NCBI RefSeq assembly: GCF_036321535.1
Contig: NC_087436.1
Coordinates: forward strand, 74,154,001 to 74,218,000
DNA: 64,000 bases
Origin: Camelus dromedarius
Taxonomy: Eukaryota
Direction of reading: 5' to 3'
Shown: one piece after another, positions 12,601 to 26,029 of the stretch
Layout of the letters: every line of letters starts with the position of its first letter
How positions within the stretch are numbered: the stretch's first letter is position 1
Translations under genes and position numbers: made by a program
The notes under the pieces: generated by a model
Told to the model about the DNA's origin: nothing
Seen by the model: only the letters and a program-made list of their open reading frames with translations
Databases searched by the model: none

Positions 12601-13504
12601 CTGTCCTTTCCCAAGTCATTTGAAAATAAATAGCAGAGAGAATAATGTGATTGGGGGTTCTGATTGTATTTATTGCTTATGTAGTGTGCTAGGAGGCAAG
12701 GGGATGCTTCATTATTCTTTGTGCCTTATGTGCCTGGAATGTATCATAATCACTAAATGTCTGTAAAGACTAAATAGAACAAATCGTTTGGGGAAATTAG
12801 TCCTACATCATCATGTGATTCATTTGCATAGATACTAAAATATGGGAGCCGTTTGGCCATTTTTATTTTTTCTACTTTCCTGCCCCTTAAACAGACACAA
12901 ATGGAATTTTACAGTTGTGACTAGTTGCTTCCCACTCCCTGGGACTTGCGGAAGAAACTCTGTGTTCCCAGCTGTTTCTTCAAGATCAGCAGTTTCCATC
13001 GCTGCTGGCTGGGCTGGAGGTGAGCACAAGTGTGTTTGGTCAGTAAGCATAAGTATTTGTAATGCTAACTCTATCTACTGCAAAGAGCACAGCAAGCTGT
13101 GTACTTAATTGGAAATTCAAAAAGGCAGGAGCAGACAATGGATGGCTAGTATATTTTGAAAAGGATGTTTAAAATATGCAGAAAAGATTATTTGTCTATA
13201 AATAGGACTGACAGTTCATAACCGCATAGTTAAAACCTCTTTCATAAACATTTGAATGAGATGGGGTCAGGACAGGAAGACTGATCATGGAACTTTAAGA
13301 TCCTCATGAGTGCTGGCAATGCCTGTTGGGAATAAACCTATGGCCTGGCTGACCAACCACTATCTGGCTCCCACTCCATTGGCATATATTCAATAATTCG
13401 TGTAAAGTGAAAAGAAAAAAAAAAAAAAAAAGAACTGGGTCTTTGGTGGTGTTGGGAGGGGCAGTTCCAGGAAAAAAAGCCACATGCTAGTGTCTTAGTG
13501 ATAG

Positions 13505-13625
13505 CCAGGACCACCAAGTATGGCCATGCAGATTTTGCTCTGCACGATGCCTGGGGTCCCCATTCACATAGATTCCAAAATGAATGACACCCCCCTGTAG
13601 TTGTGCAATGTCTCAGCCCCAGCGG
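13505..13625. mobile_element. Possible hAT DNA-transposon relic (MER91-like)
   Basis: tgcagattttgctctgcac...cattcacatagattccaaaatgaatgacaccccc...gttgtgcaatg. Confidence 0.4.
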
Positions 13626-13789
13626 TAATCATTTATTTGGCGATTTGGAAATGTTTCCAGAGTATCCCTTGTGAAGGACAAAGGTCCACTGTGTATCTTA
13701 CATACTTTATGATTAACCCTGTAACTTGCACAGACTAATTAATAAATATCTATTTGGTGAAGAAACAAGAGAAAAGTAACTTTAAAGAG

Positions 13790-14342
13790 AATAGCTTAAT
13801 TGAAATATAATTTGCATATCATAAATTCACCCCTTTAAAGTGTACAATTCAATAATTTTTCATATATGTATGGTGTAGTACAACCACCACCATAATCAAT
13901 TTTAAAGCATCTCATTACTCTCATTGCCCCACAAAATCTCATACCCATTGACAGTCACTCCTGTTCCCACCTTCTCTTAGCTCCTAGCAGCCACTGGTCT
14001 ACCTTCTGTCCCTATAGGTTTGCCCACTCTGGACATATCTTATAAAGAGAATCATACATTATAAGGCCTTTTGTGACTGGCTTCTTTCACTTAGTGTGAT
14101 GTTTTCAGGGTTCTCCCATGTTTTATTATGTATCGGTACTTCATTTCTTTTTATTGCTAAATTATATTCTATTGTATGGATATGCCACATTTTATTTTTT
14201 CATTCATCGGTTAGTGGATATCTGAGTTACTTCCACTTTTTGGCTATCATGAATAACACTGTTGTGAACATTCATGTACAGATTGTGTGGACATGTATTT
14301 TCAGTTCTCTTGGATATATAACTAGGAGTAGAACTGCTGGGG
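13790..14342 (-). mobile_element. Old L1 (L1MB-like) 3' end
   Basis: agcttaattgaaatataatttgcatatcataaattcaccc...ctggcttctttcacttagtgtgatgttttcaggg. Confidence 0.9.
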
Positions 14343-15634
14343 AAAAGGCACTATTTAGTTTAGAAACCTCTCCACTACTAACTGTTATATTAAAAGTCAT
14401 CTTCTTAAGGGTATGGGTCTGGCTTGGCTAGTATGTCTTGGTCCTACACCAGCCTTCCATGCCCGACCCTCACCCTTGCTGTGAACCAGCAGGTGAACCA
14501 CAGAAAACTGAATTGTACTAATGGTTTAGTCTCTTTGAACAGGGTCAGACTTACACAGAATTCACTCTGATTTATTATTTTGCTACTGCACTTGGCACAC
14601 AGACAGTATTCATTAAGAATTGGATCTATAGAGTGGAAACAGAGGTTCCCTGTTTCCATCAGTCAACTCTCAAAGGATGGATGGAGCCAACCAGATTATT
14701 CTAGGGCCTTCGCTCTTATTTCCTTGCCATCCTTCTTTCTTTTGGCCTTTTTGCTTTTCAATAGTGCCACTCACCAAACTAAGAGACCTGAAACACAGAT
14801 AACTTAGCCAAAGTATTTTTATAGTCTCTAGGTGAAAAGAACTTTTAATAGGTTTGTCATCATGGTTTTTCTGTGCCTTGTAAATTGTGTTGTTTATTCT
14901 GAAACTACGAAGGAGTTACAATCTGCTTCTTTCAGCCTATTCTTAGTTTCTGGCATTGTGCTGTTAGAGTTATTATTAAAGATGGTAAAAAGAACTTGCG
15001 GTAATGGAGGCAAATTGTTTAGTGTATAAATTACAGTATTTATTTTTTAAAAAATGGTCTCTAAGTGAGAAGAAGGACCACCAATATGATTTTTAAAAAT
15101 AGACTGTATTTTCATCATCATGGTAACTTCATGCATAGGTGCTCCGGTTATGACTTTGCAAAGTCATTATCTAACATTATCTTAGAACTGAAATCCTAGG
15201 ATTAATGGACTTGTCAAAAGTCTGGTTTTTAACGAGCCAAAGCTGTTTGAACTGTGCCGACATTAACAGTTTTCTTGTGGCATGTATATCTGAGTAGGAG
15301 GTTATTAAGAGTGGGTAATGAGAGGGATGCTGTTTGACTCTTAAGGAGAACGTTGTTTCATTGGAGAGAAATAAAATGTGGACTCCTTTTAGGCAAAGCA
15401 GTTTGCATTTCTGTTGTCCAGATTTCTTAAGAACTTGATAAAGCATAACCTCCACCGTATCCAGCATTCCCCATTTATTCTTCTTGGACTCTTTTCCAGA
15501 GAATGAAGTCAGTAGATTCATAGGCTGGCCTGAGGTTTTTGAATAGTGAGCTTTGGGGGAATGTTTAGGAAGTGTTCCAGCAAGCCATCAAGACTGTTGA
15601 CAGGTGGCCAAGCCACGGGAAAGAGTGTTAGCAA

Positions 15635-15870
15635 CAACAACAGCTCACACTTACAGAGCTCTCCATCGTGTGTCAGGCGGTGCCCTAAGCACGTTACGTG
15701 TATTAACGCGTGTGATTCTCACAGCAATCCCATGAGGTCAGTTGGTTTTTATCCTCCATTTGGATGCAGGAACTCAGGGACAAATACATTAAAGAACTGC
15801 CCAACATCCACAGCCATGAATTGAACCCGGGTGGTCTAGTTCCAGAGGCAGCGTCCTTAACCACTAAGTG
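15635..15870 (-). mobile_element. MIR SINE
   Basis: gtgtcaggcggtgccctaagcac...ctcacagcaatcccatgaggt...ttgaacccgggtggtctagttccagag. Confidence 0.8.
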
Positions 15871-17384
15871 TTCCCGCACAGCGTGGAAACACGGAAAAAG
15901 CCTCACGTCTGCCTCTGGAGGAAGGAGAGAAGGCAGGGCTCAGTTTCCTGCCAGCACTTTGCCTAAATGACCTGGTGAACTGGGGCCTTCTCCTGGCCTT
16001 TCACATCTTGGATAATTTCAGAGGGCAAAAGAAACATCAGTTTTACAGAATTCTTTTGTGGCCAGAAGGTACCAGCCTGGTATAGATCTAGCCTATCTTT
16101 AAAGATATACCCTTTCTTTTTTTTTAAATAGAGAATGAGTGCTATTGTATGCAAACTGTCTTTTATTATGGCTGGTTTGTGGGCACTGGCAAACGAGTCA
16201 AATTAAGAAGAGTTGAAATTTAAAGTTGAAAAAGCCAAGTCACAAGACCAGAGCAAAGTGAGAAGAATGTAATTTGTGTATCTATTCAATCCCTAGGGTG
16301 ACTTTTCATCTCCGGTACTTAAAATGTACAGAAACAGTCTAACTGTGGCCTAATGAAATAAAGAGCCACCCTGTTTTTTCATTTCTGCTTTTTGAAGTTG
16401 CACAGATGTCAGATGAAGATAAATAAATACGGTTAACAGCTTCTGGGGAAACAAAATGTGCTTTGGAAGAATGAGTCAAGGCAGGAGCCAGGCTTCACAG
16501 ACTTAGAGCAAATGAAGGTCTCCTTCAGGACAAAATGCGTCTGGGGAATTTTAGAAGAAGCTTTCTTGAAGAATGAGCCCAGCCCCAAATCGTGCGACCC
16601 TTGAGACGCTCCTTAGTCAAGTAAGGAAAGACAAAAGAGTCAGTTTATAAAATGGATATTGACTGGTGGAATAGAGGTGCGTTCAGCCAACGGAATGGCT
16701 GGATTTTGTTTCAGCGATGGGGATCAGCGCACTGGGGGCAGGGTGCACATCACTCACCCATAGCTCCTGATGCACACTAGAGTACCTGCTATTTCATAAC
16801 AAGAACAACAGCAAAAAACAACTACCATTTACTACACTTAACCACGTGTGCTCTGTATTATTATCACCTCCCTTTTATGAATGAATAAGCTGAGTCCTGG
16901 AGAGTTAAGTCAATAGCCAAGTCATTTAGCTACAAAGTCATAACATTTTCTTAAACCTCAGCAGCCCATCCTGGCTGACCTTAAGGTTTAGGCTACGGGT
17001 TTTGGAATATCTTTTGCAGTTAATAGGGGAGTCGAAGATTCTCTGGACGGGAGACTTACGAAAAAGTGGTATCTGGGATGAGGGCAGAATGCTTTTGTGG
17101 CTTTTGCACTTTAGTCTGGCTGTGAAGTAGTAAGCATCTGAGTTAATATGCTAGGTTAGAACCAAAAAGAGAGGAGAGATGGAAGACTCCCTGAGAAGGG
17201 ACGGATGATCCTTGAGACATGGGCACTGATGAGTTGTGAGAATTGGGAAAAGGAAGGAGTCCAAATGAATCTGAGGTGTCCAGAGTAGTGACAGAAAGAT
17301 TGCTGGTGTCATGAATAGAAATAGGCAAATCAGGAGATGAAGCAGTTTGCAAAGGCTTTTAGGCTTGTGGTGATGTTTCGGGCC

Positions 17385-17855
17385 TGCAGTGATGGCAGGA
17401 CAGCAATATGCAATGTATAGCAGTTAGTCTTTCCTTGATGTCAGAGCCTTCACCTACACAGAAGCGAAAAATTCTAGATTCTTGCTTCCCTGTAATCTCT
17501 TGCATGTGACCCAGCTTTGGTCATGAGACAAAAATGGATACCTGCTGGGGGTTGCTACGAAAGACTTTTCTCTTTGATGATAAAAAATCTAGTAAGAAAA
17601 ATCTCTTTCTGCTTTGGCTTTCAAATGCAAGTTTATCATCCAGGGAGCTGCTGCAGCCATATTGTGGTCTTGAGGCACAGGCCGAGAAAACAGGTGGGAA
17701 CTTGACTCAGAGCCCTGACATTGGGTAGCTCCTGAAACAATACCAGGACCATCCATCTCTTGACTTATCATGTGAGGGGAAAAAAAACCCCACTGTTCAA
17801 TCCACTTTTAGATGGGCATTTTGTTATTTGTAGCCAGAGCATCCAAAATGATACG
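17385..17855 (+). mobile_element. MaLR LTR (MLT1I/J-like)
   Basis: catgtgacccagctttgg...ctgcagccatattg...tttgttatttgtagccagagcatccaaaatgatac. Confidence 0.75.
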
Positions 17856-18880
17856 GATTTTATGTGGATCCCAAATTACCTTAGGATCCAAGCCTGGCTG
17901 TATTTTCTCTTTTGGACATTAATTTTGGGGAAACACCATATGGGGAGTGAACATCAGAACTGTCCACTGAAGCACTTAAAATAGTAGGAGTTCCTACAAA
18001 GGAGACCACACTTTGGATCCCATTTCTAGAAAATGAGGGCTTTTTAACAAAAGCCTCTATAAGTCAAACCGCCTGGCCCAGATCTTAGACCCTTTGCTGC
18101 TAGGCCAGCGTCCCTGTTAGGTTTCAGTGTTGCAACGTGCTTCTCAATTGACAACAGGGCTAATTAGTAAATTGAAGCATTCCCAGAGCCCCTAGATACA
18201 CATTTTCTTCTTTCAGGGCTGCTGCTCCCTTCATTCCCTTCCTCCCACCTTCCTGGCCTTTCTGGTGTCTGCTGGCAGTGATGGATGTGCTAACGAGCAT
18301 TAGCCCGCCTTGTGGAGCTTTTGAATTGGAGCAGGTATCCATTGGGAAGGTCTGGATGACAGATTGATTGAAAAGGATTTGATTGCAGAATTTCAAGATG
18401 AGATTCAAAAGGTGCATTACAAAGTTAGAGTTCACAAAGGCCCGCACTTTCTTTATTATACTCTTCTTTGTACTTATTTTATTCTTTTTAAGTTTACAAA
18501 AGTATGTTAGAATTTAGTACCCACTTCACATTTGGCTCCTTAAGCTTTGTGTGTTATACATAAAGTTTACGATAAGAAAATTCTTGTCAGAGAGGAGGTC
18601 GTGGGGAACTGGGGAGACCACGCCCCGGAGATTCTAGTCCTGATTCTGCCACCTAGGAGGGAAAATCGTTAAATCTTTCCAAGCTTCCGTATTTGTCAAT
18701 GAAAACATTTGACTAAATCTGTCCACCTGAGCTTAGAGTTTCTACTACTTAGGCCCAGAGTCCTGTGTTCTATGTGGAGGGTAGGGCGGGGTGTGGGTCT
18801 CCCCTACACATCTCTGAGAGAGCCTGCCTGAGGTCAGATAAGAATCTTGGCTGAAGTATAATGTCAGAAAAATTGGGTTC

Positions 18881-19045
18881 TGGGGGGAAGGATATAGCTC
18901 AGTGGTAGAGCACGTGCCTAGCATGCACGAGGTCCTGGGTTCAATTCCCAGTACATCCATTTAAATGAAAAAATAAATACCTAATTACCTCTTCCTCCGA
19001 AATAAAAAAAAAAATTTTTTTAACTGGAATAAAAATACATATTTT
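18881..19045 (+). mobile_element. tRNA-derived SINE (Vic-1-like, camelid)
   Basis: Pol III A box tagctcagtgg and B box ggttcaattcc; body acctaattacctc; A-rich tail; TSD aaaaattgggttct / aaaaatttggttct. Confidence 0.9.
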
Positions 19046-19076
19046 AAAAATTTGGTTCTCATGTTGGGATTCTGGG

Positions 19077-19277
19077 TAGCTGTGCTGGATAACATACAGG
19101 ACATGTAATTAAATTTAAATTTCAGGTAAACAAGAATTTTCATTTTGGTTTTTTTTACTGTAAGTATATCCCAAATACTACATGGGCATACTTATAATAA
19201 AAAAATAGTCATTATCGTATTTGAAATTAAAATTGAACCAGCAGTCCTGTATTTGGATTTGCTGCATCTGGCCACTC
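19077..19277. mobile_element. MER53 palindromic MITE (hAT)
   Basis: Inverted arms atacaggac...aaatttaaatttc...taagtat / atactta...gaaattaaaatt...gtcctgtat. Confidence 0.8.
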
Positions 19278-20792
19278 AAATTCTGCGAGAACTCGGCGAC
19301 AGTAATGACATCAGCCTAAATTACTCAGGAGAGGATAAAGGAAGGGCTCCAGCAGGACTCTGTAGGTTTGACAGATCTGCTGTCCTGCCAGGGGGCTGAG
19401 TGGGTTCAGCCAAAGGTGAGGAGCGAGAAGACTGAGGTGCACGTCAGGAACCAGCGACAGAGAGCCCTCCCTCTCCTGCTGCCTCACTTACCCTTGAACA
19501 TCTCTTCAACCCCACCTCCCTTCTCCACCCTGAAGTGGTTTTAATGAAAATATTAATTTTTTAGGCTGGGCTGTTATGCCATCCTTTTAATGGTCCTTGT
19601 TCTGAATTTTGAAATGAGTGGGTGGGCCTTGGTTTATTTTTTGCATTCTCAGTGCTCACGGCCCCCCTCCCTAATTCAATTGATTTCTGTGGTGTGTGCC
19701 CTAGATTGATTTCTTTCCCCCACTGTGGTCTAGCTGTTTCTCAATAGAGAAATGATTGCCAGATTTCTCCAGTCCTTTTCCACATTTCTGGGCCTTTTTG
19801 GGATTTGTTTATAACTCATCATTCAGTTGTCTATATACTCATTACCCTCATCTTGTGTCTTTAAGGAAGCAAAAGGCATGAGTCTTTACAGCAGATAGAG
19901 TTGCCCTTGGTGTTGCGCCTGTGTGTAGCTAGCTGCCCGCAGCCCCGCAGAGGCAGAACCAACATTGTGCGCTGCTAGCTGGTTCCTGTTTGTCAAACAG
20001 GACCACTTAACACCTCTGGGTTGGGCATCTGTGCTTTCCCACGAAGCGAGAGGCCTGCTGAGCTGCAGAAATGGAGACCTCTCCCAGATGGTAAGCATTT
20101 TAGGGCCCATATGTTAAAAGTGGCAAGAGAATGAACGGGAAAGACCGGACACGCTGGGGCTGCCGCACACGTGGTGCCAGAAGTGACTGGGGTGGGTGTC
20201 TAATGGTAAGGGGATGTCCCCCCAACCCCCAAATATTGGCAAATTGAGAGCAGCCACAAACCCTGGCTTTTCAGTCCTTTATCCTAAGGCTGGTCGTGGG
20301 AGGGACTCTTTGTGGTGCCCTCTGTGTGGTGCTCTCAGTGGTCCTGGTGTTGTGGCCTTTGGTGCGCAACATGCCAGGTATGAAAGTTGGCAAATGGAGG
20401 TCATGGATCAAGGCCACTTCTGAAGGGGCCGCTCAAGTTTGTCACCTGTGTACTCTGATTCAAAGGGTAAAAGGCTCTTCTTTTAAAAAAAAAAAAAACA
20501 ACTCTCACCTGCCTGATTGAAAGTCCTGCTACTAGAACCACTAATGAGTCCGGAAGATTTGTTCAGGACAGCTTTCTTCTGTGCACTAGGCACCAGGGAT
20601 CCTGAGAAGGATGAATGGCCCTCACTGTCTGGGAGCTTATGAAGTAAAGGAAGCTGATGGTTCAGCTAGAGTGGAAGGAGTGCCTCGGTCATCGTTTGCA
20701 CGGGGTTAGGGCTGTGTTGGAGGGTGGGGGCACTGAGGAGTTCAGCAACGGGAGGAAGACTGTGGATGTAGGTGAGGCTGCGGGCGTGGATG

Positions 20793-21230
20793 CTGTAGGA
20801 GCTGCTCTTGGGGCCATGCCCAGGTCCCCTTGACTGGACTTCTGTCCCCAGCCCTGAACTGCTGGGAGCCTCGGCTGTCAGGTTCCCGGCTACACTCTCC
20901 CATGGTAAGTTGCCCTCTGCTGAAAGGAGCAGAAAACACCCAGGGGTCATGTACCCTTCCCCAGGGATGGCCTACAGCCAATGACTGATCGATGCGAGAG
21001 TAAAAACAATCTGGCCTTCTTGCCTCAAACTGGAAAACTCTGTGATGCTAGTCATGCCCCAGAGATCCCGTGGGATCAGGCTGAGAACAGACTTTAGCTG
21101 GAACCACTTCTTAACTTGTGTGCCTGCCTGTCTCCCTCACTTCCTTACAGGTTTCTCTTGAAAACATGTCTCAATAAATCACTTGCACGTGAATTCATCT
21201 CTGGCTCTGCTTCTAGGAAACCCTACTGCA
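20793..21230 (+). mobile_element. ERVL solo LTR (LTR16-like)
   Basis: cagccaatgactga CAAT region, gggatcaggctgag, and caataaatcacttgcac...ctctgcttctaggaaaccc 3' end. Confidence 0.8.
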
Positions 21231-22309
21231 TAGTAGAGGAGCAGGAAGCTGCTGTGGTTCTGGCGTTGTAGGTTCTCATTTCCTGTGATGTGGGAGACAT
21301 AGCAGACATGGGTGTTGAGAAGATGGGTGAACGTGGATGGGGGAGCGTGTGGCTAATGTGGGAACAGGAGCAGCACTGATTGCTAACTTAGGGGAGCGAC
21401 TGTGATATTTTTGTGGCACTGGTCTATATTGTGGTATCATTTTCTTCAGCACTCAGCAGCCTAGATACAAAAACAGAAGCAGGTGGCACACGGTTGCGGT
21501 GCTGACTAATGGATGTCATTGGAAGACAATGGACTGGGCACAATAAGAAAGGACTTAAAGGTAGGAAGGAGCAAATAGTTGGGGAGAAAATGGGGGTGTC
21601 AGTGGGCCAAAGATATTGTTAAGACTGAAGAGTATGTGTGATGAGCACAGAGAACACGTGGCAAGAAGAGGAAGCTAGGAGGGTGTGTCCAGAGTTCAAA
21701 ATGCAAGAATTTAAGATTTGAGGCTTAAAGCATTTCTGCCACGGGCACAGGGGTCTGAATCAAGTGGAGAGGAAGTGTCGGGGAAAGATGTCAAAGCACT
21801 GCAGTGTTGGGGAGTTGGGTGAGCCATCCTCGTGGACGTTGTCAGCACTGAGGTGTGGTTGTGACCCCAGAAATTCACACTGAATGCACAGTTCCTACCA
21901 AGCCCTAGAGATGCCATTACTTCTTATGCCTGAGCCCTTGTGTAGTAGGCGTCCTGAATGAAGGCACTGGGTGCAGATAAGTTATTGGAGGTACAGGATT
22001 TCCTAGTGAGACCCCTTTTCTTGGTGGTTTATAACCCAAACCATTTGTTAGCAGCTTAAATAATTCCCATCTTTCAGTTTTCATGGTGCCCCACGTTCTC
22101 TTGGACTAGTTGGGCTTCCTGTTAAATTTCCCATGCAGGAGAACTGCACTCTTGTTTGAGCTCTCTCTCTCTCGCCTCTCTTTTCTTTTCTGTGTATTTT
22201 CCCTTGCTCTTCTTATCTCCTAATTATCTTGCTGACGCAGGCACTCAAAAATAAGGAACATCATGGTATAGGACAAGCAGTTGTTGCAGTAGAAAAGGAT
22301 ACATGCCTT

Positions 22310-22630
22310 TAGCTCTGCCTGGAATGTTCCGTTCCCTTCTTCATTCAGTTAATTTTTACTTGTCCTTCGGGTGTAGCTTAACTGTCTTTCTGTTCTCCCC
22401 AGGCTATTTCAGAACCCCCTTCCCCTGTGATATACTCCCAAGAACCCTATTCCCCTTTGTGACTCTTACCACAGTTGTAATTAAGCAAACAAAAAATTAA
22501 GTAATTCGTTGCTTAAGATCTGTGTCACCTGATGGAATGTAACCTCTCTAAGGACAAGGACCATCTCTACATCCTGGCGTAGCGCCTTACATAGAGAATG
22601 TGCTGAATAAATATTTGTAGAGCAAATAAA
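22310..22630 (+). mobile_element. L2 3' end
   Basis: ctctgcctggaatgttc...ggaatgtaacctctctaaggacaaggacc...tgctgaataaatatttgt. Confidence 0.75.
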
Positions 22631-22958
22631 TGTGTGATGAGCTGAGAGTTAGGAAAGCTCCAGTTCTATTCCTAGATCTGTTCCTACTTCCTGTGCCATC
22701 TTAGACAAGTCATTTCAGCTTCCTGAGCAAAGTACGTTTTTACTTATTTTAGCATTGTTTGATTTCTGATTGCACAGCATATTAGTCTAACACCTTAACA
22801 ACTCCTAACCCCAACACTATGCTGGGTTAACTAACACTTCTGGAACTTCTTAAAGTAGCTTATTTGTAGGGAAATGATGATCCTTTGCGTTTTCAGTAAC
22901 TTTGCTAAGTAACAAATAATACCCATATTTAGTGGCTTAAACAATAATTTATTATCTC

Positions 22959-23086
22959 GTGATTTTTTGTATTTCTGTGGCGTTGGTTGTAATTTCTCCC
23001 TTTTCATTTCTTATTTTGTTTATTTGTGTTCTCTCTCTTTTCTTCTTGGTGAGCCTGGCCAGAGAGGTTTATCTATTTTTTTATTC
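22959..23086 (-). mobile_element. Short internal L1 ORF2 fragment next to an MLT1 remnant
   Basis: Aligns to ~56340-56470 of the young L1; no 3'UTR or poly(A). Confidence 0.75.
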
Positions 23087-23699
23087 TATTATCTCAAAGT
23101 AAGGAGAAAAAAGGTAATAATAGAGATCAGAGTAAAAAAAAAAAAATCCCAATGAAATAGAAATAGAAAGATAAGGAGATAAGGCAATGGACCATGGGGA
23201 TGTTTGAGGAAAGAATATTCAAGGCAGAGGCACTGATATTCCAAGGATCCTGCATGCCAGACATGCTAGAAGATCAGGAAAGAGGCCTGAGTGGCCTGAG
23301 CAGAGCAAGCAGGGAGCATGGTAGTGGGCAGTCAGGTCACTCTGGCGCCCTTGGCCAACTCGAGGACTCTGGCTTTTCCTCTGAGTGAGATTGGGAGCCA
23401 CTGGACTATTGAGCAAAGTGGCATGATTGGCAGTCTTCAGTCTTTTCCCTTTGTGTGAATTCTACTTTGTTCTCTTGACTCTAGTCACGTAGGTATATAT
23501 TTTTCTGGGTCGTGAGACAGAACAATCTAATTTTATATGATCAGAGATAGGCTGCTTCTTTGGGCAGGTTTTTATTTCATGTTTATAGATAGAGTTTGCA
23601 CTTCCAGTTCCCAGGGAGTTCCACAGACAAGGGTGACCGCTTTGTCTTAATTGCAATTATCCTGCTATATGTCTGTCTTTTTTGAGCTGGACTGAGTCT

Positions 23700-23840
23700 C
23701 AAATGGATAGACAGCTCAAGGAAGATAGATAGACAGATAGACAGACGGATGGATGCAGAAATGGATGGATGGATGAATGGATGGGTGGATGGATGGGTAG
23801 ATGGATGGACGGATGACCAGACAGACAGACATAGATAGTA
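23700..23840. repeat. Compound (GATA/GACA/GGAT)n microsatellite
   Basis: agatagatagacagatagacagacggatggatg...ggatggacggatgaccagacagacagacatagatag. Confidence 0.9.
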
Positions 23841-24789
23841 GAAAGGAAGAGGATGGAGAAATCTTCCTCTTTAAGGCAGTATATCAGGAGGACTGGTGAA
23901 TTTTTTTCTTCCTTTGTGAATTACAAACACAGAGTTCAGAAGCTGCATGGTTGAATTAATGTTACCTTAATTCTACCTCCTTAATCATCAAATATATTCC
24001 AGTTTAACCAAATAGTAATTAGGCTTCCGCTTACCTCCTGGAGGCAGTGGGAACATTAGAGAGATATGGCACTGGGATATTATCAGTGGTTGAGAGGCAT
24101 ATTTGCTGAATAATAAGAGTAACTAACAAAACAACTTTGCCCTTTTGTTATGGGAGTAATGAATAATACCTGGATCTCTTCTTTTGTGTTCTGGTTTTAT
24201 GCAAACACAAATTACATTCTTGTTGACTTCACTGTTGTAACCCACGAAACTGAAGAAGGGGAAATTTGAGTCCCATAGAAAGCAGTTTCCCCAAACCTGC
24301 CTCTTGCATTTGTGTGATGGAAACTAAGAACACCTGTATTTTCTAAGCGATTTTATGAAGGAAGGAATGTCCCCAGCAGTAATCAGCACAGGCACATGAT
24401 ATGAGCAGACAAAGCTGCTTCTTTAAAATCATACAGTTTAGAACTGGAAGCAATCTAAGCAAACATCCCAGCCTCCCTCGTTGTACAAAGGAAAGTAAAG
24501 CCCAGAAATTCCCTTTCACACCTGACGTCAGTTTGTGGGAAGCCACGTGGCATCATGGAAATAGCACAGGCTTTGCGGAGGTCTGGGTAGGGGTCATAGC
24601 TCTGCCACTTACTAGCTGGGGTGGCCTTGGGAAAATTGCATTATCTCTGTGAGACTTACTTCCCTCATCTGTCCCTACTTTGTGAGCTGGTTGAGAGAAT
24701 GACACGACCGAAGACGTAAAGCCCTGGCACAGAGTGGATGCTTAGGGAACACTGATTATGACCAACTCAATCAACCCCCTTTTGAATGC

Positions 24790-24930
24790 CTTTTTTTTTT
24801 TTTTTTTTAGGAGAGGAGGTAATTAGGTTTATTTATTTACTTATTTTTTAAGTGGAGGTACTGGGGATTGAACCCAGAACCTTGTAAATGCTAGGCAGGC
24901 ACTCTACCACTGAGCTATCCCTTCCCCCTC
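24790..24930 (-). mobile_element. tRNA-derived SINE (Vic-1-like)
   Basis: Poly-T, gaggtaattaggt, ggattgaaccc, ccactgagcta; TSD tcaacccccttttg / tcaatccccttttg. Confidence 0.9.
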
Positions 24931-25449
24931 GTTCAATCCCCTTTTGCTGCCAGTGATGACACAGAAAAACCATCTCAGCAGATACTCATTGTAACTACAG
25001 GATTTTGTCAACCAATGGTGAATTTGTTTCAAGCCACATTCAGTACACTTGAAATTTCAATATAATTCAGGGTAACAAACATTTGTATATAAAGTACATT
25101 TGTTGGGCTCAAAAATAAATAAGAAAAGGTATGTTTCCTGCTTTTAAGGAAATGAGAATAGCCGTGTGTGCACTGGGCTGTATTTTGCTGAGACCTGTGG
25201 TAAGTGCCACTAGAGAGGAGTGGACACAGGTCTCTGGATACACAGAAGAGGATCCTTCTGGGTGAGGGGCTCAGGGAAGCCTCCATGGACAAAGTTGCAT
25301 TTGAAGGACTTGGGAGATTCTGGAAAAGAGATTGGGGAACATTCCTGTTTGAAAGGAGCTTCTTAAGCATAGACACAATACAGGATATATTTAGATTTAA
25401 TAAGTTTCTCTGTTTAAATGAGCAGAGAATGCGTAAAGGGAGAGCTTAA

Positions 25450-25690
25450 AATAATAGCAGTTACCACTTTTGGAACACTTGTTACATGCTGAATTTTTCT
25501 CACATATTCATTCTATTGCTTGTTATACAACTCTATGAGGTAGATTATTATTATTTCCATGTTAAAGATGAGGAAACTGAGGCATAAAGGGGTTAAATGT
25601 ATTGCCCAGAGTCCTCACAGCTGGTGTATGACAGAGCAAAACTTGGACCCAGGTCATCTGATTCCAGAGTCCGTGCTTCAGTCTTGACGT
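25450..25690 (-). mobile_element. MIR SINE
   Basis: atgaggtagattatt...agatgaggaaactgaggcataaaggggttaa...cccaggtcatctgattccagag. Confidence 0.85.
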
Positions 25691-26029
25691 TAGACAGTGT
25701 GCTCAACTTTCTCCTCCTGTTCCTTCAGACCCATGCACTGCCCTTCACTCTGCTTTGCACCCCAGGAGGCTGAGCTGTGTGGACTCTATCAACCAGCTCC
25801 TTTGTCCTCTGGTTTCCAGTTACAATAATGGAAGGGAAATTGCAGAGCAAGCCTCAGGTCTGTTGGACCTGCATTCCTCAATTGAAGATTGCAGCTCCCG
25901 TTTGCTTGTTTCTCCTAACAGTTTCCAAAGCCATTCCCTCTTCTTGTCCCTGGACAGCTGTTGCTGACCCCAGGGAGTTCTGTCGTCCCTTGTTGGTCCC
26001 TTTAACTCTGTCCCTGTGTTTGTGAAAAG

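Noticed and set aside
18881..18960. tRNA-like sequences (also near 24860, 47060 and 48490)
   Set aside because: They continue into a shared SINE body and A tail with TSDs, so they are SINE heads rather than tRNA genes.
19984..20002. Palindrome TCCTGTTTG-T-CAAACAGGA
   Set aside because: A 9-bp arm is within chance for 64 kb and there is no supporting context.
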